Assembly: GCA_976226885.1 (NCBI GenBank)
Contig: OZ320316.1
Span: 34,038,001-34,102,000 of the forward strand
Reading direction: 5' to 3'
Origin: Iphione sp. A-MEVVRFRX5
Lineage: Eukaryota
Length of the DNA stretch: 64,000 nt
In this document: positions 1 to 12,300 of the stretch, piece by piece
Layout of the letters: each line of letters opens with the position of its first letter
How positions within the stretch are numbered: position 1 is the first letter of the stretch
Translations under genes and position numbers: made by a program
Notes under the pieces: generated by a model
The model's database searches: none
The model's input: only the letters and a program-made list of their open reading frames with translations
What the model was told of the DNA's origin: nothing

Positions 1-788
1 AATTGGACTAGGCGCTCGATCTCGTCAGCCAAGTCCGCCAGGGCTTCGGATTTCTCCTGCCGCCGCCCTTTCAACTGCTGAATGTAAGCATCGGTCTGAT
101 GCTTAGACTGGAAGCGCTCAGTAAGGGCGTTCACGAGTTGCTGGTATGCCCCCGCTTGTCCCACGTCCACGCCGGTACTTCGCAGGACCGCCCGCGCTGA
201 CTTCCGAAGCGTTATACCCAGCTGGAGAGCCTTGTCAGCCTCTGTCCAATGGTTAGCGAGCGCTACTAACTCGAAGTGCTGAAGGAAGTCTCGAAGTGGG
301 GTACTACCGTCATAGGTGTCCGGCTTCACCTGGCCCTTCCTGCCGCCTTCGGGCCGCAGTGCAGAGCGGAGCCCTTCCACAAATCCAGTCCACAAGGGGG
401 GCGGAGTGGCCGTTTCCGCTTCCCCTTCTTCGGCACCTCCTTCGAGGTGTGGGTCATCACCTCCTACACCTTCATCGGCCGGGGCGCGGGGAGCGGAGCC
501 TAGGGCCAGCATGGGCCCCTCCTCTTCCTCTTCTGGCTCGACTCCCCTTCCTGGTGGGGTATCTTCGCTCTCCGGGGAACAGCTGTCCTCCTCTTCTGAA
601 CGTTCGTGGGCTGCAGCGGACTCCGGGCGGAGTTGGGCGGAGTCTGGCCAGACCACTGCAAACTCCGCCCCCTCTCCGGATTCTCCTGGTTCCGCCGCCT
701 CCGCCCGGATCTTCATCGACTCCGCCGAACTCCCCGGAGGGAAGATCCCACCGCTGCCACCAATTGTTCGCCCCGAACGAAGTGACAT
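1..788 (-). CDS. Ty3/gypsy Gag, 5' part (ORF runs off the left edge)
   Basis: Manual translation from ATG 788 is open to position 1: acidic/Pro-rich N-terminus, then KPDTYDGSTPLRDFLQHFELVALANHWTEADKALQLGITLRKSARAVL...YQQLVNALTERF...QLKGRRQEKSEALADLADEIERLV, typical retrotransposon Gag capsid motifs. Missing from the ORF track, probably because it has no stop in the window. Confidence 0.88.
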   Translation of the reverse strand, partial: MSLRSGRTIGGSGGIFPPGSSAESMKIRAEAAEPGESGEGAEFAVVWPDSAQLRPESAAAHERSEEEDSCSPESEDTPPGRGVEPEEEEEGPMLALGSAPRAPADEGVGGDDPHLEGGAEEGEAETATPPPLWTGFVEGLRSALRPEGGRKGQVKPDTYDGSTPLRDFLQHFELVALANHWTEADKALQLGITLRKSARAVLRSTGVDVGQAGAYQQLVNALTERFQSKHQTDAYIQQLKGRRQEKSEALADLADEIERLVQ

Positions 789-793
789 GGCAC

Positions 794-959
794 TGAAATT
801 ACTTTTGAAGTTTTATTGATAAGGATCAAAGGTTGAATGACACAGGGACTCCGCCCGGCTCCTATTTATACAATAATGCAACTCCGGGCGGAGCCCCCAA
901 CTCCGGTGAACTCCGGTGACACACTCCCTAGCGGAGTACTTTCTGGGCGGAGCCCAACA
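794..959 (-). mobile_element. Putative 5' LTR (~166 bp) of the gypsy element
   Basis: On the - strand it starts TGTTGG, contains TATAAATA and AATAAA, and ends ...TTTCA just upstream of the gag ATG. There is a sharp GC-to-AT switch at 960. The second LTR is outside the window, so the inner boundary is uncertain. Confidence 0.6.
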
Positions 960-1495
960 ATATATACATACTTTAAAGTTCATGCCCTTGGCAATATTTT
1001 AACATTATCTTTTTGAATGTACATGTCCAACATTCGCTTGAAAGAAGCAATATTTGGATGTTTCTGCTGTTTCCAACAGACGTAATTGATAGGAAGTAAA
1101 TTTTCATTTTTCAGAATTTTCCCAAAGACCAATAACAATTCAAGTACAATCATCCCTTATATCGTCATAAGCAAAACCTGTGCTCCCTTTTTCTGGGCCA
1201 GTCTTTTTTTTAAGCAGTTGTTAAATAACTCCCCAAGTCATTAAGAATATATGTAGTGCACTTCTTCACTCTTACATGCTACGCTAAGACTACCCTAAAG
1301 TAAGAGAACAGTAATAAAAACTTGCGTTTCTTAATGCTTGGGGCAGCGTTGACTCATTGACAGGTATGTCATGTCTGGTTTACAAAGGTTTCTATCTCTT
1401 GGTCAGAACTTAACATAAATTTATAAGATGTGAAAATAAAACTAATCTACTGAGTTGGTTATATTGCCTCAAATGTATGTTGTCATTCATTTCAG

Positions 1496-1585
1496 AAACG
1501 GTCCAGACGACGGTTGTGTATGTTGATTGCCACCGGTATCGTCATTGTGCTTGTGATTGCTGTCATCATCTATGCCTCCACCTGA
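1496..1585 (+). CDS. Terminal exon of a syntaxin-7/12-like SNARE (C-terminal TM anchor)
   Basis: Acceptor ttcatttcag, then KRSRRRLCMLIATGIVIVLVIAVIIYAST*: a basic stretch plus TM helix like the STX7/STX12 tail (KSRKKMCIL...). Upstream exons are not seen in the window. Confidence 0.7.
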   Translation, partial: KRSRRRLCMLIATGIVIVLVIAVIIYAST

Positions 1586-3148
1586 AGTGATAGATGAATC
1601 AACGTCCCACCTCTAAACACCCCCCCCCCCCCGCCCATCCCGTCACAAGAAGGAAAAAAACGCACTCGTCCAGCATAGGCTACTGCTGTCACGCTTCAAT
1701 TAACTCGGTTTCGGTTCCGGTCTCTTGGGTCTCCCCTCGTCTCACACATAACCTGGGCCATTCTCTACAGTCAGGTGCTTTTGTTTATGGGAAAGCGCTG
1801 CGTAGAAAGCATGAGAAACCTCGAACATATAGACACGGAAATAATTTTGAAACAAAAACATAGCCTTCTATTTTTTCTCGGCATTGTTAGAATATTCTGC
1901 AGAGGTTTGACTTTCCTTTAATACAGTATTCCATTATTTTCCAAATACATGTATATGCCTTTTTCAAAAGAAAATATACGCGTGTATAATGTGAAATTTC
2001 ATTCAGGATTCGTGCATCGGTCGTAATCATTTCACAGTGAACTGAGTTCATGTATAATCATTCAATGATCATGCTTCATTGCTTGATGGACATGCATATT
2101 TTCGGTTGTCTCTCCAAATAGTATAAAACTGTAAAACCATTTGGGGAAAAACTTGCTTTACAAAGTAGTGATGATAGATTCCATAGATCCAAACTTTAAT
2201 AAATATCCAGTAATCAGGAGGCTGCGTTAAGACAACGACTCAAGCGTTGACCGACAGGAGTGAAGAGACGAGGGAGGTCCGCATGTTGACCTTCCACAAG
2301 TGGCCACAAAAAAATTCCTAGGGGATGTAGCGTTGTGGTTACCAGCCTGAATGTAATATTTCTGTACTTTGTAATCACCTTTGTGTGTCTACACTATCAG
2401 ATCAGTACGCTGTGGAACCAATTGTTTTTCCCAGTATGATTTTTGGGCTGCTGATGTTATTTATGAAAGCGTTGTATATTATGTCAGCGAGATCCGTGTA
2501 TGGTTTGTCAGTGGTCAGACAGTTACTGTGTTCAGCATATCTAAAAAAAAAAAAAGATTGAAATTGCAAGATTGGTGAAAGCTATAAACAGTAGCCTGGC
2601 ACATCTGAAAATACAAACAGCGACCCATGCAGTAAGGAATATGCTAAGGTCATAATACTCTGTAATTATTAATGTGTTATCTTCAATAGGTGGTAAGCAA
2701 ATTTTGGATGTAGGGAAAGTGATGAGTTCAGTCAAAATGAGTTTCTTATATTGAAATCTGACTGAGAAGTGAGACTGATAAGTATACAATGTTGCAGCTG
2801 TGTCCCTGACAGAAACCTTTATGGGAACAGCCTGTTTGTTTACTACAGTTAAGAAGCAAAAGGTTTCACTTCCTGGTTTAAACCCGAATTCACATGTATG
2901 CCTATTATCTCTCCGTATTTTGCTCCAACCACAGAAATGTTCCTCTGATTGGGGCACCTACCAATCAAACGAAATTGGATCCATATTCAAAACGCGGAAA
3001 CATGGACAGAAAATATGCACATTGAAATCGAGACCAAAAGTATGATAACTCAAGAAAGAGCGGGTCGTCCCACATTCGAAGGGACCCTGTGGCTTACATT
3101 GGTCAGACATCCCACATAGTTGCTCACACTCCTAGCTGGACTGAATTA

Positions 3149-3327
3149 CAGTAACCCCTTGCTATTCCAAGCCCTCACTAATCCAGTCCCTTCGGTAATC
3201 CAATATAGTTTAAATGGGTACAGCATGAAACGACCTATAACACCAACCCTTCAGTATTCCAACCCCTCGTCATTCTAACCAAAAAAAAAAAAAGTTGAAA
3301 ACTGGTTGGAATAGGGAGGGGTTACTG
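3149..3327. mobile_element. Tc1/mariner-type MITE
   Basis: 22-bp TIRs CAGTAACCCCT(TG/CC)CTATTCCAA with 2 mismatches. TA on the left flank; the right flank reads TT. Confidence 0.65.
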
Positions 3328-6300
3328 TTTGCGTATCTTCAGATGGTATTCGGTCAATATCTTCAAGTTACACACGTTGTTTTCAAGCCTAGTGAGAATC
3401 CAGTACTTCCCTGCAAGAATAATTTGAGATGGAATATTAAGATTACCATCATATACTGTAAATGAAACGGTGGTCCAAGTGCACACGAGAGAACCATTGT
3501 GTATTGGTAGGGGCAGTCATGGAGAAGTCTTTATAACCGTTTTCCAAGGGTTCGGAACCAGGCTGTATCACATATCCATGGTGATATCATGGGTAGAGGG
3601 GAGATGTAGAGATGACTTCACCGGGAGGAGGCCAGATTACGACTACCCCGAAGATCCCTGAAGAAGTACATTCCTCACACGATGCTTCTCTAGATCCATT
3701 TGTCGATTTTGTATGGAGTAGCTGGTACATGTGTATTTGCATACAAGTACCATATCAGGATTTTGTAAATTCGTGGATCAGTAATTTTTCTCCCAGTCGC
3801 AACATGATTTGTTTCCCTGTAGGAGCAGATTTTCAGTGACTTTTCTGACTTAGTGCAACGGTGTTTTGCTCTGACACAAAAAAATGTACGGAAAAGGTAG
3901 TAAGATCCTAGCATTCATGTAGTCGTCGACCTTGAGAGCTCGACCAATGTATCAGGCTCCTTGACCGAATTCTCAAAATGTCCTTGTTTCTGGTGATTCC
4001 TAGTGTGCAGTCTCAAGTGTCCAAACTGTTTTTATTTCCAAAACTAAGTGGCTATGATAATTGTACACACAGATAATACGCACTAGTACAACTGAACGTT
4101 TTACTGTTTTTCTTCTGAAAAAAAAGGTTATGGAGAACAATATATGGCAAACATATAGGAAACCTTTATGTTTCAGATATCTATAGCCTTCAAAGTTTGG
4201 TTTCTTCGTAGCTGTCCCCTCCGTCAGATCCTTAGAATTACCTTGAATTCAGGTATTTCTATGAAAACCCATTTTATTACACAATTAACCTGGTAAGGAC
4301 ATGAGGAAAGGTGTAGGACTGACCCGAGTATTGAAAGAGTGCAGTTGACATACTTATCAGGAATGTAGGTGCAGATTTTCCTGTCGTAAGGCCATAAGGA
4401 TTGGTGGGATAACCTGAGTTATGAACGAGTGCAGTTGCCCTAATCATCAGGAGTGTATACGAACACAAATTAGAAAATTGCACAATTAGTGAAGATTAAT
4501 TGTATGGTCTAATACAGATCCAGCACGATGTCATCTATTGTTGGTTTGGGATATATCAGATTGAAAATGTATTTTGTCATACGTGCAATAAGAGAAAAAA
4601 AAGTACTTGTATCACTGCACCACGACACACCTTTTGGGTGTAAATGGGACCCGAGTTTGGAGGTTTCACTAAGGGATGACCTTAGTTCTACTGTTATACA
4701 CTAGTGTCTAGTTGAGATTCATGCACAGGAGGCGCCACTGCAGACAGTCCGTTCAGTTATCAGTCTTTGTGTGGCAATCATCTAGGTGAAGAGTGGTGTA
4801 ATCTGGTCTCCTCCTTTCGTCCTTAAAAAAAAAATTGTCAGAAAAAAAAACATGCACACGTGTAAAATTTACACCATATACCAAACTTCCAGAATCCCAT
4901 TTGTTCACTGTATTTTGAGAAAACCCTCCCCTCCCTCGGGAGTAAGTTGATCCTTAATATGTTGAAATTTTACAGTTATATAAACCACGTTTATATTGTG
5001 TGTACTGTACTACAAGTATCGTTCTGGGTGACATGCTGTAAAGAGTACATATCTCCACTATTCCAGAACAAAACTAAAACGGAGCGCCTATGATAATCCA
5101 CTATTCCGTCAGTGTATTAACTTTTCATTCTATTCAGAAAACCGCATGAAGAATTTCACTGATTAATGGTTATTGTGGGAACAAAGCTTTCATTGTTTAA
5201 TATCCACATATATTTGATTTATCCAAATCTAATTATTGACAACTCATTTTTGCTCATTTTCATATGTACATGTATATATACGAATTCTGTGATTCCTATT
5301 ATATCACGCTTATGTGCTTTATGTTTCTGTCGCTTTGGAATAGTTAAAAATGTTTAGTATACACTGTATTCATATGTGCAGTGTTAAATGTACAAATAAT
5401 GTTATCCTTGCGCTTGTTTGTAAATAAAGCGAAGTAACGATGTGTTATTTGAAAGAGTTTGATATTTATGAATAAAAACTAAAGGTCGAGGTTATTCAGG
5501 TACACTACACAGAGATTTTAAAGAACTTTTGATCGCGATTTTAGCATTTTCATTTTCTTAAATGAGCATGTAAGGAATTATCTTTTCATTTTTGTACTTT
5601 CGATTTGTTTTCATTCTATGATAACATCAATAAGAAGGTACTTCCTCGTAATTATTCTAGCAGATATTGCACTTATTACCAGGACTTTTCCAGTAGCCCA
5701 TATGTGAATGTGTAGGGTACTTCCTTGTGCCATTTGTACGTTCGTTTCTCGTTTTCCAAGGCTTCACGTGGACCGGTTTAGGTGCAATTTCTGTCTAGTT
5801 ATGTTTGTAACGTCCAGTTGATGAAAAAGAAGCTGCAGCAGCAGTGCCAGAAAAGATGTGGAGTTATATTTGATACCGATTTCTGAGTATACCTTGACTT
5901 TTTAAGGGTAACAAGTCCGTTGTATTGCTTATAAAAGGAATCTGTAACTCTAAACATCTAGCTTTACGACTGCGTTTGAACTGATAATAAACATCAAATG
6001 GAGTTCCATTGGCCAGTGCACTTTGTGTGGTGTCGTCTTTGTACACCGCATCTTCAAGTTGACTCTTCAAGCGTGAAGTGCAATTAAATAAGGAAATTAA
6101 TATCTGCGTCTAAATCGCTAAAATATACAAGTAATGACAATTCAGAATATTAGAGTTGATACATTAATACATTTGAAAATAATTTACTCGATCGACTGTC
6201 ATGTATATCGTTCTGCCGGTGTTTTTTTTCTTCAATCTATTTCTGATTTGTATGGAAGATGACTGCAGATTCTTGTCTTAACCCATGCACAAAGCATTAC

Positions 6301-7450
6301 GGGAATTATAAGCACCCTGCAAAGAATATGTATGCACAAATAATTACAGGAATTGTTTTTTCACATTCTGTATGGAAAGCATCCCAGAGTCCTTTCTAGA
6401 ATATAACGAACCAGGTCACTTACCCATAGAGTGTGAAGTTTGGTCAAAGCACATTAATTGGCCTAGTGAACGTAAATACATCACTTGCATCAAATTAAAA
6501 CAGCAAAGAAGAACTCCTAAATTTAGGGCTACAAAAGTCACCATAGATATATATAAAGAATACTGAATGCATAAAAGCACCTTTATCTTCATATGAAGTG
6601 CGAAAGTAGCGATGAACATTGCCAATGTGTAAAGTCTCTTTGGGTCAGATCAGTCTTCTGGGTGTAACCGTAAAGGTAAATAAGACATCTGTGGGAAAAT
6701 GATTATGCTGCTCCATACAAATCATCACCTGGTCTCAACATAGGCTCTATTATGTCAATTATACAAATATACATAGAGTAGAACGGGAAGAGAACGTGCA
6801 GGTGTCAGGTTGATTTCTGAAATTTGAACTCGGGAAGTTGGCGCTATAGATGGCAAAATGTACATATCCACCTCATCCCTCACCGGATGGACAAAGACTG
6901 AATTCAAACTTTTACTGTTTAAAAAATGGTTGTATTTTATTAGTTTTGATCTCACCTACTGGTTTGAAAAGGGAACGCCATGCTTTGAAAGCTAAAAGCC
7001 TAGTTTTATCAGTGTTGGAAAAACCTGTCCCTAATGTATTCTTCTGGAAGCATATGCTGCTTATGATACCAATAAAAATGTATGATAAAAAATGTCCATA
7101 GAGTATTCTCTCTTGGTTCACTACTTTCCGCTACTGAGGGGAAAAAATCAACGTGCTTTTAACCACTGCTACAAATATCTATAGCTACAAATATCCAAGT
7201 GAGGAGATTCGAGGCTCTCCCTTTGATGGAAAATTAAAGTCATACAAGACTTTGAGGAATGAACTGTTTCAACGACAGGGATCTTTTATAAATTGATGAA
7301 TGATTATTAATGTTAATAATACACCAAACACCCAGTATTCTTAAGCAAGTACATAGAATTTATTGACAACAATGTCAATACAAGTTAATATTAAAGGTCA
7401 GCTGGGATATGTAAAAGCGAAAATATAGCTACGTGATGCTGGTCATCATT

Positions 7451-9285
7451 CTATTTGATACCAGTATTTATAAAGTTAATAAATATATTGGCTAGTTTCT
7501 CCATGTCGTCCATTGGGTGTGCCTTGGTAAAGGTGATAAATTGCCTCCGTAGTCGCTGAAGCTCAGCAAGAGTAAGTGTTCGTGTATATTCTACCTGTGA
7601 ACAGTGACCCAAAACAGATTTACTCTTTGTTTAATACAAACTGAGACAGTCCATGGCAAAGAGTACACAAAGTAGGGTTATACAAAGGATATCAACTATA
7701 GATGAAGATTAAGAGAGAAAAAATGGCTTGCATCTTATTAGCCCCAACACAGATTTACGGTTTGCGCAATGCAAACTGAGACAGTCCACAACAAGAAGTA
7801 CACATAAAACAGGATTATACAAAGGGACATCAGCTGTAAATGAAGATTTAAGAGACAGAAAAAATGGCTTGCATCGTATTGCGTTAAATAATTACTTTGA
7901 CACACAAGCAGACATTACTATCAAGTTATGCTTCAGATTTCTCGACCAATAAATTGTACTCAACATATCCAGAAAAAAAACTTTCACTGCACATTAAAAC
8001 CACATGACATTACATAGTTTCAGGACATTGTCGGAAGAAGCATAAAACATCATTATATAATAGTGTTTCAATTAACAGGTCTGTAAATCTATTCAGTAAC
8101 TTCAAGCAGTGTCCCACAGAGAGACTATTTATGACATACCTTAACTGTAGCACCGGGAATTGTTATCTTATCTCCAGGGGCACACATCTTTTGACTGTCC
8201 ATGATGACCTAAGGACGATATTTAGCAATCACACACATGCTTTTTTGTATTTCCTTAATATAGATCAAATATATTTTGGACGTGTAAAGAGAGGAGTAGG
8301 TCCAAAGCATGTTCCACACACTGTACATGTGAAAGATTAAGAACTAAAACGTAATATCCAGGGTTTACATATATTGTATACATACCGAGATAGTTGCTTG
8401 CGTAATTCTATCCAACTCGTGCAGGAAGTTCGTAGCAGATAATGGTTGCTGTAAAAAGTAGAGATTCATAATTAAAAGTTAACAAACTAAAAAGAAACAT
8501 GAGCAAAAGCGCATGATGGAAAGAGAGAGTGACAGACAGGAAAAGCGACTGAGAAAGGCAGAGAAAGATGCAGTCAGCTAGACCAAGAGAGAATGATAAG
8601 CAGACAGACAAAGACAGAGAGAGATTGANNNNNNNNNNNNNNNNNNNNNNNNNNNNNNNNNNNNNNNNNNNNNNNNNNNNNNNNNNNNNNNNNNNNNNNN
8701 NNNNNNNNNNNNNNNNNNNNNNNNNNNNNNNNNNNNNNNNNNNNNNNNNNNNNNNNNNNNNNNNNNNNNNNNNNNNNNNNNNNNNNNNNNNNNNNNNNNN
8801 NNNNNNNNNNNNNNNNNNNNNNNNNNNNNNNNNNNNNNNNNNNNNNNNNNNNNNNNNNNNNNNNNNNNNNNNNNNNNNNNNNNNNNNNNNNNNNNNAAGG
8901 TACAAACTTTCAAACCCAGCCTCCAAACTCACCGATTGTGTAGACTTGTTGCGTGGCGGTGCTTTCCGGCCAAATATGGCATCAGCTATCTCAGTCAAAG
9001 GCAGTGGCTCATCTGGGTGGGCGAGGAAGAGGGGTGAGTCCCAGCGGTTACGGGAGTCAGGGCTCTCGAATCGCATGACCAGACCATCAAGACTAGCCAG
9101 AGAAGAAATGACAGATAATATTTAGATGCATTGCAGGCAGAAATAGTTGAACATAAATACTGACACGTACATGTATCTTAAAGTCAGATTCTGAAAGACG
9201 CAAATAATTCAATATATTGTGACATTCAAGTCCGTACAGATTTTGTAGAGCTTGTATAAACAATTTTTATGCTTGATCTTAGATG

Positions 9286-9379
<94 letters not shown>

Positions 9380-12300
9380 TGTGTCTGTGAGTGTATTGTA
9401 CACACACGTGTGCGTGGGACGGGAGGTGAGGGTCTGGATCTAACTTTGTTGGTATGAAAACTGGTCACATTAGACCCATCCTGCATAAATGAAGTGGTGT
9501 CATTCCTGTTCAACAGAGACATAAGATCTTGGGAAATTCCATACAGCTGGGACTGACGACAATATCAAACCATTTCCTTCCTTCAGAGCACTATATTGTC
9601 TGACTTTCATCTTTTTCTAAAATAGTGACATTAAGCGACTCCAGTATATACTCTGAACGTTCCATAAAACTTACACATCTTGCTTGTATTTCTCACCATC
9701 CTGTCGATCTGCATTCCGCTGAGTTGCCAACTCGTGACTTGTGCAACACTGAATCTATCAATCAAGAGATAAAATTTGATATGTGTGTTTGAATGTTGTT
9801 GTTAACCAGCAACTGACTGACTGCCCGCATCATGGGTACATATTACAAATGACAGCTGCACTAACTAATTTCAGTGCACAATTTTGTGATACATGAACAC
9901 ACAGAACTAACAAATTGCTAGACATTGTCTGTAGGAGTTTTCGTACTGCACCAGCAATTTCTCGGAGATGGGTAAGTTCGTTTAGTTATACAAGATGTAT
10001 GTTCACATATAATTTTCTATAAGGTTTTATAGTATTAAATTCCAGGGAAGTACATGGTAAATATATGGTACAAAAACGTGACGAGTATTCGTGAAAAATA
10101 TACATACCACACAGAAAGGTGTTTGGGCTGATTTTATGCTGCAGTACAGTTCATATCTGAAACCTAAGCAAAGCCAATTTCCAAATCCCGCAATATGAAA
10201 CTCACTGTACCTCTACATCAGATAAATAATATCAACGGGCAAAAAATACAGCCAGTCGAACTATTGAACAAATTTCACCACGGCTCAATCTAACATTTAC
10301 CGTGGTGGCACTTACGAAGTTGGATTTATTCAGTTACGGATAAAAGACAGTTCAATGTACTTATTTCATGTTGGAAATATTGTGTTTATGTTCCATTATA
10401 TATATACGTTATACTTATTTTAAATATGTTTCTAGTCAGCGCATATCATATACAGCCATTTGAAATCCTGAGCAATATCCATTGTTTTGCACCTAGATAA
10501 TATTCATCTGGTTTTCATGATTTCCAATTACAAACGCCTCCCAAATGGATAAATCTTGCACAATGAACATTTGTTAACCGAATAGAAATGGCAGAAACCT
10601 AGACACAGTTGCTTGTTTTATATTAGTGACATCAACGTCTCAGTTTGAGGAGAGAGTAAAGCATGGGACAGACAATATCTGACATCATTTTGTCATTGTT
10701 ACTAGTGTCTCCACACAGACACAATCAAATCTGTATAACAAGAGAACTTTTCTGATGGTAAGGATAATCCCCCCCAAAAAACATTCATATGCTCTCTTTT
10801 AAGTTTCATATACCCAATATGGAGAAGAAGCCTGATGAGCCAAGAATGGGCGGGACCCTGTTTCAGCCTATCACAATATATTCCAAAATACATGTAACTC
10901 CTTTGTCTGTATTATCAGTTGAAATACAGACTGGACTTGTGATCAAAGAAAATAATCTAAAAATCACTTATTTAAGAGTAACTACATCTCGTACACAGGT
11001 GATTCTCAGGGGAGCCTTAGCGATACAAGTAGGCATGACCAAATTTATGCCAGCTGTCATAACAGGGTAGCTCTTCACAGTCACCGGATGTATCACTTTT
11101 TCGCCTCGATAATACCTGACATCATGTCGGCTGCAAGTGTGGTCATTTGAAAGCAATTAGAATAAAGCTATCTGGGGGTACGGGGGGCTACTTGTTAATC
11201 TGATAGAGATATGATGCCGTTTTTTTTTAAAAAAAACTTGTAGCTGTGCCTGACGTCACAATGTCTCCTTCTTATACGGTAGTGTAACTGATGACCACGA
11301 TGGAAACTGCTCTCCCCCCAACTATGGATATTCTACATCCAGTAACCGAAAAGCAGTGGACTTCCATAATTCCTTATGAGTGCCTACGGGTAGTCTGTGG
11401 TCACAAGAGGTTGCTGGGCCACAAAACATGTTCCATTAACTGCACTGTAACAAAACCTTGTCGCCAGTGTATGACAGGGCCTTGAGCTGATCACCCAATT
11501 AAGGGATTGTCTCCATTTAAACATACGGTGCATTGCAAGTGGCTAGCTATTTCTCTGCAATGGTATGAGTAACGAGAATGTGGGTCTGACGTTCTCTGAA
11601 CTACTGAAACGATCCCAGTTAAAGTGGAACACTAGCAGCACCTGCAGACCTACAAGCAGGATTTCACTCCAAACATCCCTCCTTTTGCAAGGGCTGACAT
11701 TAACTTTTCAACTTGTATTTCTCCGCCTCCTGCCAAGAGTTACTATGCGGTTAACTAGACCACACAAGAGTAGTAGGAGTATGAAAAGGAGAGGAACTAG
11801 CCATATATGTTGGTAGGTCATTTCCCATCAATATTTCTCAATACAAGTAAAAATGTACAAGTAAGAACATGTACATGTGGTTAATATTTTTGTGGAACAT
11901 CACATGCTCATTTTCTCCTCTGAGAAGTTAACTGTAGAATATTTGTTTAAACTGCAGGCCTTAAGGTACTAGAAGCCCAGTTGAATGATAAATGAATGAT
12001 TTTGTGCACAGACAGTAAGACACATACTAATAGAGTAAGTCTGATGTGCCTGATTTGATAAAGTTTACCTTTAATATAATTTGGAGAATCTAGTATCACA
12101 ATAACATCCTTCTGGGTTGTTCTGAAAGGAGTACAAAAGACAACTAAATGCAGAAATACATTTTCATACGGTGATGCATGAACTTATATTGAAAAATTAA
12201 GAAAAAACTATATATCTTTAACTCACCAAATAGAAGACTGCTGAATCAAGACTGTCGAAATATTTGATCTTCACTTCTTCAAATATCACCATAGGCGAAA

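Noticed and set aside
276-819. Three + strand ORFs in the ORF track
   Set aside because: Antisense shadows of the GC-rich - strand gag ORF, with no motifs of their own.
4290-4470. Degenerate ~85-bp duplication suggesting a C2H2 zinc-finger repeat
   Set aside because: No frame gives C2H2 spacing, and stops are present.
5864-6955. Possible small - strand gene between the syntaxin and KTI12
   Set aside because: The best-bounded candidate exon (~6422-6690) has stops in all three frames from its acceptor, and the remaining ORFs show no recognisable homology.
8408-9522. ORFs spanning N-runs and (AG)n (SLSL/ERER peptides); likewise at 23153-23552, 53583-53949, 56946-57285
   Set aside because: Artefacts of gaps and microsatellites. 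Only the KTI12 and ISOC1 exon portions are real.
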